DNA from: Verrucomicrobiota bacterium
GTDB lineage: Bacteria > Verrucomicrobiota > Verrucomicrobiia > Methylacidiphilales > CAMAQI01
Reading direction: 5' to 3'
NCBI GenBank assembly: GCA_040388725.1
Contig: JAZKBH010000137.1
Location: forward strand, 46,258-82,859
Length of the DNA: 36,602 nucleotides
A program made the position numbers and the translations under genes. Shown here one piece after another: positions 18,050-25,494 of this stretch (positions within the stretch are counted from its first letter, which is position 1; each line of letters begins with the position of its first letter). The notes under the pieces are model-generated. The model had not been told where the DNA came from. It made no database searches and saw only the letters and a list, made by a program, of their open reading frames with translations.

Positions 18050-18601
18050 TTAACTCTTCTTCCACTCCGCAATACGCTTCTTTAATAAACCTTTCCCTTG
18101 AAGCCGCTCCAATAAAAGAAGTCCCTGCACCTCAGCCACCATCGATTTTGCCCGCGCCATTGATTCCCTTTTCGAAATCTTTTTTCTCTCCAATCCCTTG
18201 GCCAACGCCTTTTCCCAATTTGAAAAATACCGCTGACAGGCTTTCAATAAAACCGGATGTGAAAGTCCGACTTCTAAGGTCAGATTCCCCGGAAGACACC
18301 CTCCTTCACGCTCCGTGAAATAAACCAATGTTGCCTCCCAGGCTTGAATCCACGCTTTTTCGATCGATCCATGCGAATCCAATAGAGGGGCAAAAACCTT
18401 TCGTTCAAACCACTCTTCGACCCACTTCACCGCTTCAATGGCCAATTCATCTTTGTTTTTAAAATAATGATAAAGACTCCCCTTCAATAATCCGGTCGCC
18501 TCTCCCAAATCGGCCATCGAGGTCTGATGAAATCCTCGGGTCTTAAAACAATGAACCGCAGCTTGAAGGATCGTATCACGATCGGTTTTTTGAATGGGCA
18601 T
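18050..18601 (-). CDS. TetR/AcrR-family transcriptional regulator
   Basis: N-terminal HTH: ILQAAVHCFKTRGFHQTSMADLGEATGLLKGSLYHYFKNKDEL. Confidence 0.9.
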   Translation of the reverse strand: MPIQKTDRDTILQAAVHCFKTRGFHQTSMADLGEATGLLKGSLYHYFKNKDELAIEAVKWVEEWFERKVFAPLLDSHGSIEKAWIQAWEATLVYFTEREGGCLPGNLTLEVGLSHPVLLKACQRYFSNWEKALAKGLERKKISKRESMARAKSMVAEVQGLLLLERLQGKGLLKKRIAEWKKS

Positions 18602-18660
18602 AACGTGATGTTTAGGAATTCCGAAAAAATAACAAGGGGGAAAACAAAAACCTAAATTTA

Positions 18661-18850
18661 CATGGTGCCGAATCCGTTGGGAACGGATGAGACGATCGAG
18701 TGAATACGAGAGGCTGCAGGAGGCAGCCAGAGTGAGGTGGCACCGAACGAATCATCATGGAATTAGAGAATTACTCCAGATGTCACGGCCAGAGAAAAAT
18801 GAGAAATACACAAATTTACATGGATTTAAAAGGCAGATACAAAGGATAAA
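18661..18850 (+). repeat. TA-associated ~190-nt conserved non-coding element, copy A (candidate structured RNA or small mobile insertion)
   Basis: Aligns by eye with 25213-25405 and the reverse complement of 26901-27095. The ~127-nt core starts catggtgccgaatccgttgggaacggatgagacgatcgagtg. 1-nt indels and an in-frame TGA argue against coding. Confidence 0.85.
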
Positions 18851-18947
18851 ATTAAAAAAGGGGGTTATGGTAAAAACCTATTCTCTCCGATCCCTTTGTG
18901 AAATGATTTCCATCCCTTGTATCGGCCATTTTTATCCATGTAAATTT
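18812..18947. repeat. long imperfect palindrome, type 2 (AAATTTACATGGAT... arms); the left arm is the tail of element copy A
   Basis: The arm from 18812 (40 nt, ending 1 nt beyond my copy A boundary) and the reverse complement of 18907-18947 agree at 33 of 40 positions. 56-nt spacer, T-rich flanks. Lies just past the vapC-2 stop, so it could act as a bidirectional terminator. Confidence 0.8.
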
Positions 18948-18953
18948 TTGCCT

Positions 18954-19394
18954 TTAAATACCCCCAACCAAAAACTCCACGATCTCCTCTCCTTCAGGAA
19001 GTGGAATGCTCTTCAATTTCAGATCAAAAGTTAAAAGCTTCAATTGATGCTCTTGGCAAATCCCGAGCAAATACGCATCGCTCAGTTGTTGATGGCTCAC
19101 CAATATCGAAACAAAAGGCTCAACCACTTCTGGAAATGACCTCTTTTCCAGGATGATTTGGTGCCGGGGATCTTCCATGTTTTTTTGTAGAAGCTCGGTC
19201 GATTGAGCAAGCGAAAGCGGTTGGAAAAAGACTTTCGGATTTGTACTAATTCGGAGAAACCCCGCCTGCGTCAAATGCACCGTTGCCCACGCATGAGCTC
19301 CCTTTTTCAAATACCACGCCTTGAATGTCGAATGAAAAGGATGCTGCGGAATAAATGCCGCCAAAAGAACATTCACATCATAAAGATAAGTCAT
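18954..19394 (-). CDS. vapC: VapC PIN-domain toxin (second copy, divergent from the first)
   Basis: MTYLYDVNVLLAA...LSDAYLLGICQEHQLKLLTFD is PIN-domain organisation. The upstream antitoxin's stop is directly adjacent to this gene's ATG. Confidence 0.8.
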   Translation of the reverse strand: MTYLYDVNVLLAAFIPQHPFHSTFKAWYLKKGAHAWATVHLTQAGFLRISTNPKVFFQPLSLAQSTELLQKNMEDPRHQIILEKRSFPEVVEPFVSILVSHQQLSDAYLLGICQEHQLKLLTFDLKLKSIPLPEGEEIVEFLVGGI

Positions 19395-19619
19395 CTAACC
19401 CTCTTCCTTAAATTCACGAACAGCCTTACTCAACGCAAGAGGATCTGCCAAAGCCAATTCCACCATATGAAACGGATAATCGTCCGATGGAGATTGGGTT
19501 GGATAAAATTTAGGCCGCGCCATCTCGGAAAGAGCCTTCCCTAACGAAATCCCCTTCAATTGCGCCAAATTCTGTGCCGCCTGAAAAACATCTTCATCCA
19601 AATTCACCGTCGTTCTCAT
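19395..19619 (-). CDS. vapB: VapB-type antitoxin
   Basis: MRTTVNLDEDVFQAAQNLAQLKGISLGKALSEM parallels the 16612 antitoxin N-terminus. The ATG at 19619 is preferred over the longer track ORF. Confidence 0.75.
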   Translation of the reverse strand: MRTTVNLDEDVFQAAQNLAQLKGISLGKALSEMARPKFYPTQSPSDDYPFHMVELALADPLALSKAVREFKEEG

Positions 19620-19727
19620 GAAATAAGGATAATATGATGTATTGATGTCGTCAACATCATGATGCATACCTCTCATACATATTAAGTAGTGGAGACGGGG
19701 CTAAACGACAAGGGGATATCAAAAAAT

Positions 19728-19843
19728 ATTTCACATGGATTAAAAATGCCGATCCAAGCGATAAAATCAAAAGTCATTATTTTGCGTTTTAAGAAATAAA
19801 TAGTTTTCTATCCCTTGTATCAGCATTTCCATCCTGTGAAATT
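19728..19843. repeat. imperfect palindrome, type 2
   Basis: atttcacatggattaaaaatgccgatccaagcgataaaa versus the reverse complement of tctatcccttgtatcagcatttccatcctgtgaaat, about 75% complementary. The loop contains ttgcgttttaagaaa. Confidence 0.75.
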
Positions 19844-19857
19844 AATGCCTTTAGGTC

Positions 19858-20565
19858 TTACGCATGCACCTCTAACTCCGCCTCACTTTTCACGACCTTC
19901 AACATCTTTCCATCCACCATCTGCCCGATTCGATCCGCATAATGGTAAATCCGATTATCATGCGTGACCACAATCACACATCGGTCTTGGGATTGAGCAA
20001 CCGCGGCCAACAACTCTGTAATTTTAGCTCCGGTCGATCCATCCAACGCGGAGGTCGGTTCATCACAAATAATGAGCCGCGGATCGTGGACTAATGCCCG
20101 CGCAATCGCCACCCGTTGTTGTTGTCCGCCCGAAAGTAATGCGGGATATTCATTGAACTTCGTCTCCAATCCCACCGTCGAGAGCATCTCTTTCCCACGG
20201 ACGACGGCCTTTGAGTATGACATCCCATTAATAAGAAGGGGGACGATCGCATTATCCAAACAAGTTAAGGTCGGGATGAGATTAAATTGCTGAAAAATGA
20301 ACCCGATGTTTTTCTTCCGAAACTCCGTCACTTTCCCACTACTCATTTCATGCAGGGGATTTCCAAAAACATTGACCTCACCCGTATCCCCTTTGAGAGT
20401 TCCAGCGATGATACTCAACAACGTCGTCTTTCCGCAACCTGAGGGCCCGACGATCATAAAAAATTCTCCGGATTGAATCTCTAAATCAATCCCCTTCAGC
20501 GCCATCGTCTTCGCTTCACCCTTCCCGAAAGACTTCTCCAAACCCCGTACTATCACAGCACTCAT
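19858..20565 (-). CDS. ABC transporter ATP-binding protein (LolD/MacB/FtsE type), no permease partner in the window
   Basis: Walker A GPSGCGKTT, signature LSGGQQQRVAIARAL, Walker B LIICDEPTSALD. ATG at 20565 (MSAVIVRG...). Confidence 0.9.
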   Translation of the reverse strand: MSAVIVRGLEKSFGKGEAKTMALKGIDLEIQSGEFFMIVGPSGCGKTTLLSIIAGTLKGDTGEVNVFGNPLHEMSSGKVTEFRKKNIGFIFQQFNLIPTLTCLDNAIVPLLINGMSYSKAVVRGKEMLSTVGLETKFNEYPALLSGGQQQRVAIARALVHDPRLIICDEPTSALDGSTGAKITELLAAVAQSQDRCVIVVTHDNRIYHYADRIGQMVDGKMLKVVKSEAELEVHA

Positions 20566-20589
20566 TCCAGGCACCCAAAACCAAAGATC

Positions 20590-20696
20590 TTAACCGCAGA
20601 GGCCGCTAAGGAACGCTGAGGAATACCCACTTTATTTTGTTTTTTAAAACCAGCAATGCATTTACCTTTGCGCTTCTCTGCGTCCTCTGCGGTTAA
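20590..20696. repeat. imperfect palindrome, type 1
   Basis: The left arm 20590-20626 is homologous to 14303-14339. The right arm 20670-20696 matches 25456-25482 at 26 of 27 positions. The loop has ttgttttttaaaacca. TTAA at both termini. Confidence 0.85.
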
Positions 20697-20707
20697 CAAG
20701 TATTTAC

Positions 20708-21928
20708 TCATACCTCAACCAGACACCGCTCCTTCAACCAAGCCTCCTGGGCAGCCGCATCTTTCACATTTTGGCGACTGATCTCTTTGATAAAATTTTC
20801 GAAATGTTCATGACCGGTTAAAATTTCAATTTCCACGCGAAGGAAGTAAATGGGCACCAAGGATTGCTCCATGCGGGGAATCCGCACTGCATCTTTCTCG
20901 GTCGTAATAATCGCTTTCGCCCCGCGATTTCGTGAGCGAGTCATCAATGATTGCAATTCATCTTCCGAAAACCGATGGTGATCCTCATACGCACGAGAAT
21001 AGATGATGTCTGCTCCGAGTTTTTTCAATCCCGCTTCAAAACTCTCGGGACGGGCAATCCCTGAAAGCGCACTGATTTTCAACTCTTTCAAAAACTCCAA
21101 AGGCATCTGCTCATCATTCGCTACATTCTGCAAATGCAACGCTTGATGCCGACATTCGATCATCGGCGCATGGATATTCAATTCACGGAGTTGCTTTTTT
21201 AAATCGTCGATCGGCGTCCCATCGCACTTCGTAATCACAATCAAATTGGCGCGCTTTAAATGATCGATCGGCTCCCGTAAAGTTCCTCGCGGCAAAAGAT
21301 GTCCGTTTCCAAAAGGGGTCTCACGGTCGACTAAAACAATATCATATCGCTCTTTCAGCGTCAGATATTGAAAGCCATCATCCAAAATCAAGGTATCCGA
21401 GCCAAACTTCTCAATCGCAAACTTTCCGCATTTCACGCGGTTCTTATCCACGACGACAGAAACCCCATCACAATTATGGGCGAGCATGAACGGTTCATCT
21501 CCAGCAAAACGCGAATCCAGAAAAAGGGTTTTCCCATCTGAAACCAAACGCGGAGGATATTCATGTTGTTCTGTAAAAATTCTCGCTTTCATCCGATCCC
21601 ACAGCGGTCGCTTCTGACTTTTATAACCTCTGCTTAAAATCGAAACTTTTCGTCCTGCTTTTGTGAGTTCCTTCGCAATCTTCTCCACCCAAGGCGTCTT
21701 TCCCGTTCCGCCCACGGTCAGATTTCCTACACTGATCACTTGGCAGCCCAAAGAATAAACCGCGAGTCTCCGATTCTCATACCACCGGAGCCGGATGCGC
21801 ATAATGCGACGATACAAAATTGAGAGCCCATGCAAAAACGTCCGGAGCAACGCGGCGCGTTTGCCGTAGCGTCGATCCATAATCACATCGACCGCAAATT
21901 GTTCCAATCGTTCTAAAGGTTTAGGCAT
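20708..21928 (-). CDS. lpxK: tetraacyldisaccharide 4'-kinase LpxK
   Basis: P-loop [22 protein letters not shown], then LSRGYK and DDGFQ blocks typical of LpxK. Longer C-terminus than the E. coli enzyme. Confidence 0.9.
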   Translation of the reverse strand: MPKPLERLEQFAVDVIMDRRYGKRAALLRTFLHGLSILYRRIMRIRLRWYENRRLAVYSLGCQVISVGNLTVGGTGKTPWVEKIAKELTKAGRKVSILSRGYKSQKRPLWDRMKARIFTEQHEYPPRLVSDGKTLFLDSRFAGDEPFMLAHNCDGVSVVVDKNRVKCGKFAIEKFGSDTLILDDGFQYLTLKERYDIVLVDRETPFGNGHLLPRGTLREPIDHLKRANLIVITKCDGTPIDDLKKQLRELNIHAPMIECRHQALHLQNVANDEQMPLEFLKELKISALSGIARPESFEAGLKKLGADIIYSRAYEDHHRFSEDELQSLMTRSRNRGAKAIITTEKDAVRIPRMEQSLVPIYFLRVEIEILTGHEHFENFIKEISRQNVKDAAAQEAWLKERCLVEV

Positions 21929-21973
21929 CTCACCTCACCCTAAACTTCCTAGAAGCCGATTCAAACCAAAAAC

Positions 21974-22087
21974 ATATTCACACGAAGGTCACAGAGTAAG
22001 CCGAGGAAAATCCATCCATTCAAATGCTTTGGTATTGAAAACAAAAACGGTCTTTCTCCGTTTCCTCCGATACCTCCGTGTAAAAAT
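21974..22087. repeat. imperfect palindrome, type 3 (TTCACACGRAGG... / ...CCTCCGTGTAAAAAT)
   Basis: Arms 21974-22010 and 22051-22087 are complementary at 26 of 37 positions. The loop has ttgaaaacaaaaacgg. Confidence 0.7.
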
Positions 22088-22119
22088 CTCCTTGGTTTCC
22101 CTTGGCGGTTCAATTTGTG
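22088..22119 (+). repeat. solo type-5 right arm
   Basis: ctccttggtttcccttggcggttcaatttgtg parallels 16470-16500 and 17303-17335. Confidence 0.55.
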
Positions 22120-22148
22120 TTTTTTGAATTTCAAACTAGGCTATTCTT

Positions 22149-22484
22149 ATGATCCAAAGCCTCACCGCCGCGGCCAGCGCCCTTCAGGTCAATTCGACCC
22201 GTCTTGATGTCCATGCGAACAACATCGCGAACCTCAATACCCCCGGCTTTCAGGCACAAATCGCCGACCAAGAGACGGCACCCGGAGGAGGGGTTCAAAT
22301 CAGTAAAATTTCTTCATCCACTGCACCCGGTTCCCCAACGGATTCTGAAAATCCCTCTGAAACCAATAACGTCGACCTCGTGACAGAAACCATCGGCTCC
22401 ATGATCGCCCTCCGCGCCTTCGAAGCCAACGCGAAGTCGATCCAAACCACCGACGAAATGCTGAAAACGCTCACGAAGATTTAA
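22149..22484 (+). CDS. flgC: short flagellar basal-body rod protein, FlgC-like (111 aa), orphan
   Basis: N-terminal rod motif LDVHANNIANLNTPGF and C-terminal NVDLVTETIGSMIALRAFEANAKSIQTTDEMLKTL align with both ends of FlgC. No other flagellar genes nearby. Confidence 0.55.
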   Translation: MIQSLTAAASALQVNSTRLDVHANNIANLNTPGFQAQIADQETAPGGGVQISKISSSTAPGSPTDSENPSETNNVDLVTETIGSMIALRAFEANAKSIQTTDEMLKTLTKI

Positions 22485-22491
22485 AAATTCA

Positions 22492-22594
22492 GTGTCTCGC
22501 ACAACGGCACGACGACCCCACGAAAATTCAGTATTGGTTAAAAACAAAAAGAAATTGTTCTTCCCGTCGCGTCGTAGTGCCGTTGTGCGAAACA
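22492..22594. repeat. imperfect palindrome, type 4 (GTGTCTCGCACAACGGCAC arms)
   Basis: 22493-22516 and the reverse complement of 22566-22594 agree at 22 of 24 aligned positions. The loop has ggttaaaaacaaaaag. Same arm family as 28040-28173. Confidence 0.85.
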
Positions 22595-22600
22595 AATGCC

Positions 22601-22636
22601 TTTTCTCCGTTTCCTCCGTTTCCTCCGCTTCCTCCG
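22601..22636 (+). repeat. four tandem 9-bp repeats (ttttctccg tttcctccg tttcctccg cttcctccg) forming a solo type-3 right arm
   Basis: Read directly from the sequence. Followed by tgtgaaaaatc as in the other type-3 arms (22051-22087, 27106-27140). Confidence 0.85.
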
Positions 22637-22644
22637 TGTGAAAA

Positions 22645-22683
22645 ATCTTCGTCTTCCTTTGCCTTAACTTGGCGGTAAAACCC
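22645..22683 (-). repeat. type-5 left arm in inverted orientation
   Basis: The reverse complement ttttaccgccaagttaaggcaaaggaagacgaag aligns with 16385-16430 (tttaaaccaccaagttaa...ggcaaaggaaaaca). Confidence 0.6.
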
Positions 22684-22693
22684 TTGTCTTTTT

Positions 22694-23998
22694 TTACTGC
22701 AAAATACTTTTCAACCGATGATCCCACAAATGCTCACGAGCCGTCCGCATCTTCGCCTTCGCCCCATTGGCTAGAGCTTCTTCCGGATTCGCTAAAAGCG
22801 CACGGGTCTTGATTTCTAATTCTTCCAGCGTATCTCCCACCGCAATTTCCGGTTCGGGATAACAACTAATCACATCGGGACTTCGTAAATTCACCGAGAC
22901 TCGACCCGAGGCTGCAATTTCAAAAAGCTTTTCATTTCCCGTCGCATCACGAAGCGGGTTGGCACCATTTAAATGCACGGCGTATTTTTGATAATATTCC
23001 GGTAACTCACCCAGATTGATATTTCTCCCGGCTTTGACCCCATACGGAAGCCATTCCGATTCATTCGAATAAACATCGACCAATCCTTGCTCATAAAGTC
23101 GCATCACCAGAGCGGGACGATCATAGCGCGTCACTAATTTCACCAGCATGCAAAAATCGAGAAGGATATTGTTGTCATTCGCAAACGCAAAGGCCTTCGG
23201 ATAAACTTCCCCTGCCATCTTGAGCAATTGCAAAGAAGGGGAAAAAGGATTCGTCGCCTTCACTTCCATCGCCACCGCTAAGAGTTCACGCGTCTGTGGT
23301 TCGAGACGAAACCACTTTTGGATCGCTTCATCCCCTGCCCGCAATAAATGATCCCGACTCATTCGACGCAATTCAATCAAGTCCGCTCCCGACTTCATTA
23401 ATTCAATCGCATCTTTATGCGGCTCGCCGCGAAAACCGGGATTGCCGATAAAGACCGCCTTATCCTTGATCTCGCACGGAAATTTTTGCTTTAAAAACTC
23501 CGCAGGAGCCGCCAACCGAGACGTCATCTGTCGCTCCACCCCAAAAAGCCGTGCCTCTTGAGCCATGCTCTCTCCATAAAAAATATGGCGCACTTTTTCA
23601 TGACGGATAATCGACTGAAATCCCATCTCGCGACTGGAAAACCAGACATTCGTCGGATAGGTGATCCAGCTCCGGAAATCATCAAACCAGATTGAAGTAA
23701 TATCTTTCACTTGGGGTGAATCAAAAAATGGTTCCGGATAAAATAACCAAAAAAGATCAAGCCCGATCACCGTATCAATTTCCAAATCTTCTAAAAAATT
23801 ACTCCAATGAATCGCGAGTCGCTTCAACGGCTTTTCGAGCGATTTGTCTCCCAACATCGATTTCTGAATTCGAGCCGGAAAGGTATCCCGAACCACCGTT
23901 CGATGTCCTAAGCGTTCACAAGCCGATGCCATGAACTCCGTCGTCTTGGCAAACGGAACCGAGTGATCATTTGAAAGAAAAAGGATTTTCCGTTTCAT
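22694..23998 (-). CDS. CgeB-like / group-1-type glycosyltransferase-family protein
   Basis: C-terminal region (NEKLFEIAASGRVSV...LEELEIKTRALLANPEE...REHLWDHRLKSIL) resembles the CgeB-type GT1 C-terminal domain. Paralogous to the upstream gene. Confidence 0.55.
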   Translation of the reverse strand: MKRKILFLSNDHSVPFAKTTEFMASACERLGHRTVVRDTFPARIQKSMLGDKSLEKPLKRLAIHWSNFLEDLEIDTVIGLDLFWLFYPEPFFDSPQVKDITSIWFDDFRSWITYPTNVWFSSREMGFQSIIRHEKVRHIFYGESMAQEARLFGVERQMTSRLAAPAEFLKQKFPCEIKDKAVFIGNPGFRGEPHKDAIELMKSGADLIELRRMSRDHLLRAGDEAIQKWFRLEPQTRELLAVAMEVKATNPFSPSLQLLKMAGEVYPKAFAFANDNNILLDFCMLVKLVTRYDRPALVMRLYEQGLVDVYSNESEWLPYGVKAGRNINLGELPEYYQKYAVHLNGANPLRDATGNEKLFEIAASGRVSVNLRSPDVISCYPEPEIAVGDTLEELEIKTRALLANPEEALANGAKAKMRTAREHLWDHRLKSILQ

Positions 23999-25104
23999 GC
24001 CTTCTCCTCAAGAATGGCCTTCAACCGATGTTCCCATAGCCCCTCATTCTCCACCATGATTTGATCTTTTCGAGCAAGCATATGCCATTCATCAGAATGA
24101 TTCTGAAAATCTGCACGTACCGTCTCCCAATGCTCATCTCCCGATACAACAACCACCCCTTGCCAAGGCCCCACATAAATTTCAGGCGAGAGAAGAATCG
24201 GCACCGATCCCATTGCCATCGTTTCGGGAATCCGTTCATACGGAGGACCTAATAAAGCAGGACTCATGAGATGCAATTGAGCGCGATATCGAGAGAGGAT
24301 AATATTCTTCTCATACGGATCCAACTCGGGACGCGCCGTGATTCCATAATCTTCCAACCCACAAACGGCTCCATAAATATCAAGGTCTTCGCGTCCCGTA
24401 TAAAGATACCAAAGATTCTGAAACGGGATCACGTCTCGCTCAGGCAATTTTTCAAAAGGAGCCAAAAATTCCTGCTTCGATTTACACGACTGAAGGCGCT
24501 TCAAACATTCCGGATCAAAACCCGGGAGATAAGAAGGATCCAACTCACAGGCAATTTTCCCAATCTGCTTCGGACTCGGATCAAGATCGACAAACTCCCG
24601 AGGCGCGCCGGGAGGCAAAAATGACCAGGTCATTCCCGGAAGGATTTGCAGCGTGTCCTGCATATAAAAATGACGGCACTTCTCATGCATGAGTGGTGCA
24701 TGCCACGGTCCGAGCTGGAGTTGATCCCATTCCCAAAAACGTAAAATATCCTTTAACGGATGAAACCAAAGATGATGAATCCACTTTGGTTTGGCCTCTC
24801 GGAGAAAAATATCAGGAACAAGAAGACTGGAAGCATCGAGAGAAATCACATGATCGATCTCAAACCCATAAAGCATCCGCATGAGTTGATCGACCAACGC
24901 ATAACGGGAAAGCTGTCGCTCTTCCTCATCCTCTTCTTTGAGCGTCTCAAAAGCATCCCAAAGACAGGAGACATCCCGTGCCACCACATGGACCCCGATT
25001 CGATCCCCTGCCTCGTATAAAAAACGAGAAAGCTTGCGATGCCGGGGAAACCGATCATCCCCCAACAAGAGTACATTCTGAATACGGGCCGACACGCTTA
25101 CCAT
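23995..25104 (-). CDS. CgeB-like glycosyltransferase-family paralog
   Basis: Shares blocks with the 22694-23998 product: LLLGDD/LFLSND, EIDHVISLD/EIDTVIGLD, HEKCRHFY/HEKVRHIFY, LWEHRLKAIL/LWDHRLKSIL. ATGA overlap between the two genes. Confidence 0.5.
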   Translation of the reverse strand: MVSVSARIQNVLLLGDDRFPRHRKLSRFLYEAGDRIGVHVVARDVSCLWDAFETLKEEDEEERQLSRYALVDQLMRMLYGFEIDHVISLDASSLLVPDIFLREAKPKWIHHLWFHPLKDILRFWEWDQLQLGPWHAPLMHEKCRHFYMQDTLQILPGMTWSFLPPGAPREFVDLDPSPKQIGKIACELDPSYLPGFDPECLKRLQSCKSKQEFLAPFEKLPERDVIPFQNLWYLYTGREDLDIYGAVCGLEDYGITARPELDPYEKNIILSRYRAQLHLMSPALLGPPYERIPETMAMGSVPILLSPEIYVGPWQGVVVVSGDEHWETVRADFQNHSDEWHMLARKDQIMVENEGLWEHRLKAILEEKA

Positions 25105-25147
25105 CCTAGACTGTTTCTCCCCACGGCTTCAATACAAAGAAACATGA

Positions 25148-25482
25148 TTTACCGCAGAGGCGCAGAGGAGATTCAAGGGAATGTCAGAGGCAGGTGAAAA
25201 GAAATTATTTAACATGGTGCCGAATCCGTTGGGAACGGATGAGACGATCGAGTGAATACGAGAGAGCAGCAGGACGCAGCCAGAGTGAGGTGGGCACCGA
25301 ACGAATCATCCTGGAGTTAGAGAATTACCCCGGATGTCATAGCGGAGAAAAATAAGGCAAAGGCAAAATTTATATGAATATAAAAAGGCAGATACAAGGG
25401 ATAGGACAAAAGGCATTGTTCTTTGTTTTAAGAAGTTAGAAATTGTTTTCCTCAGCGCTTCTCTGCGTCCTCTGCAGTTAAA
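25148..25482. repeat. type-1 palindrome whose loop contains element copy B (nested)
   Basis: The left arm tttaccgcagaggcgcagaggag... (25148-25181) pairs with the right arm ttcctcagcgcttctctgcgtcctctgcagttaaa (25448-25482). The loop motif tttgttttaagaag is retained 3' of the insert. Confidence 0.75.
25213..25405 (+). repeat. TA-associated ~190-nt element, copy B
   Basis: Same core as copy A, with about 8 differences in the first ~127 nt by manual alignment. Lies 90 nt from the mazF stop codon. Confidence 0.85.
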
Positions 25483-25494
25483 TCGCCTTTACTC

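Noticed and set aside
18672-18710. Hammerhead-like or other known ribozyme core in the conserved element (cggaugag...gugaauac), and an SRP-RNA-like ggaggcagcca segment
   Set aside because: The CUGAUGA box is not matched (CGGAUGAG, with part of it locked in the P2 hairpin). The GAAA box is absent and no three-stem junction can be drawn. The SRP resemblance is limited to a short purine-rich stretch, and SRP RNA would not be present in three copies.
18687-19034. 115-aa track ORF running through element copy A, and the 63-aa ORF 26903-27094 (-) that spans copy C almost exactly from end to end
   Set aside because: The three copies do not preserve a frame. Copies A and B have TGA where C has TGC at codon 14. 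A lacks one g and B has an extra a relative to C, which shifts the frames. The copy A ORF also runs into the vapC-2 coding region on the opposite strand. Nucleotide-level conservation with frame-breaking indels points to a non-coding element, although a copy-C-specific micropeptide cannot be excluded.
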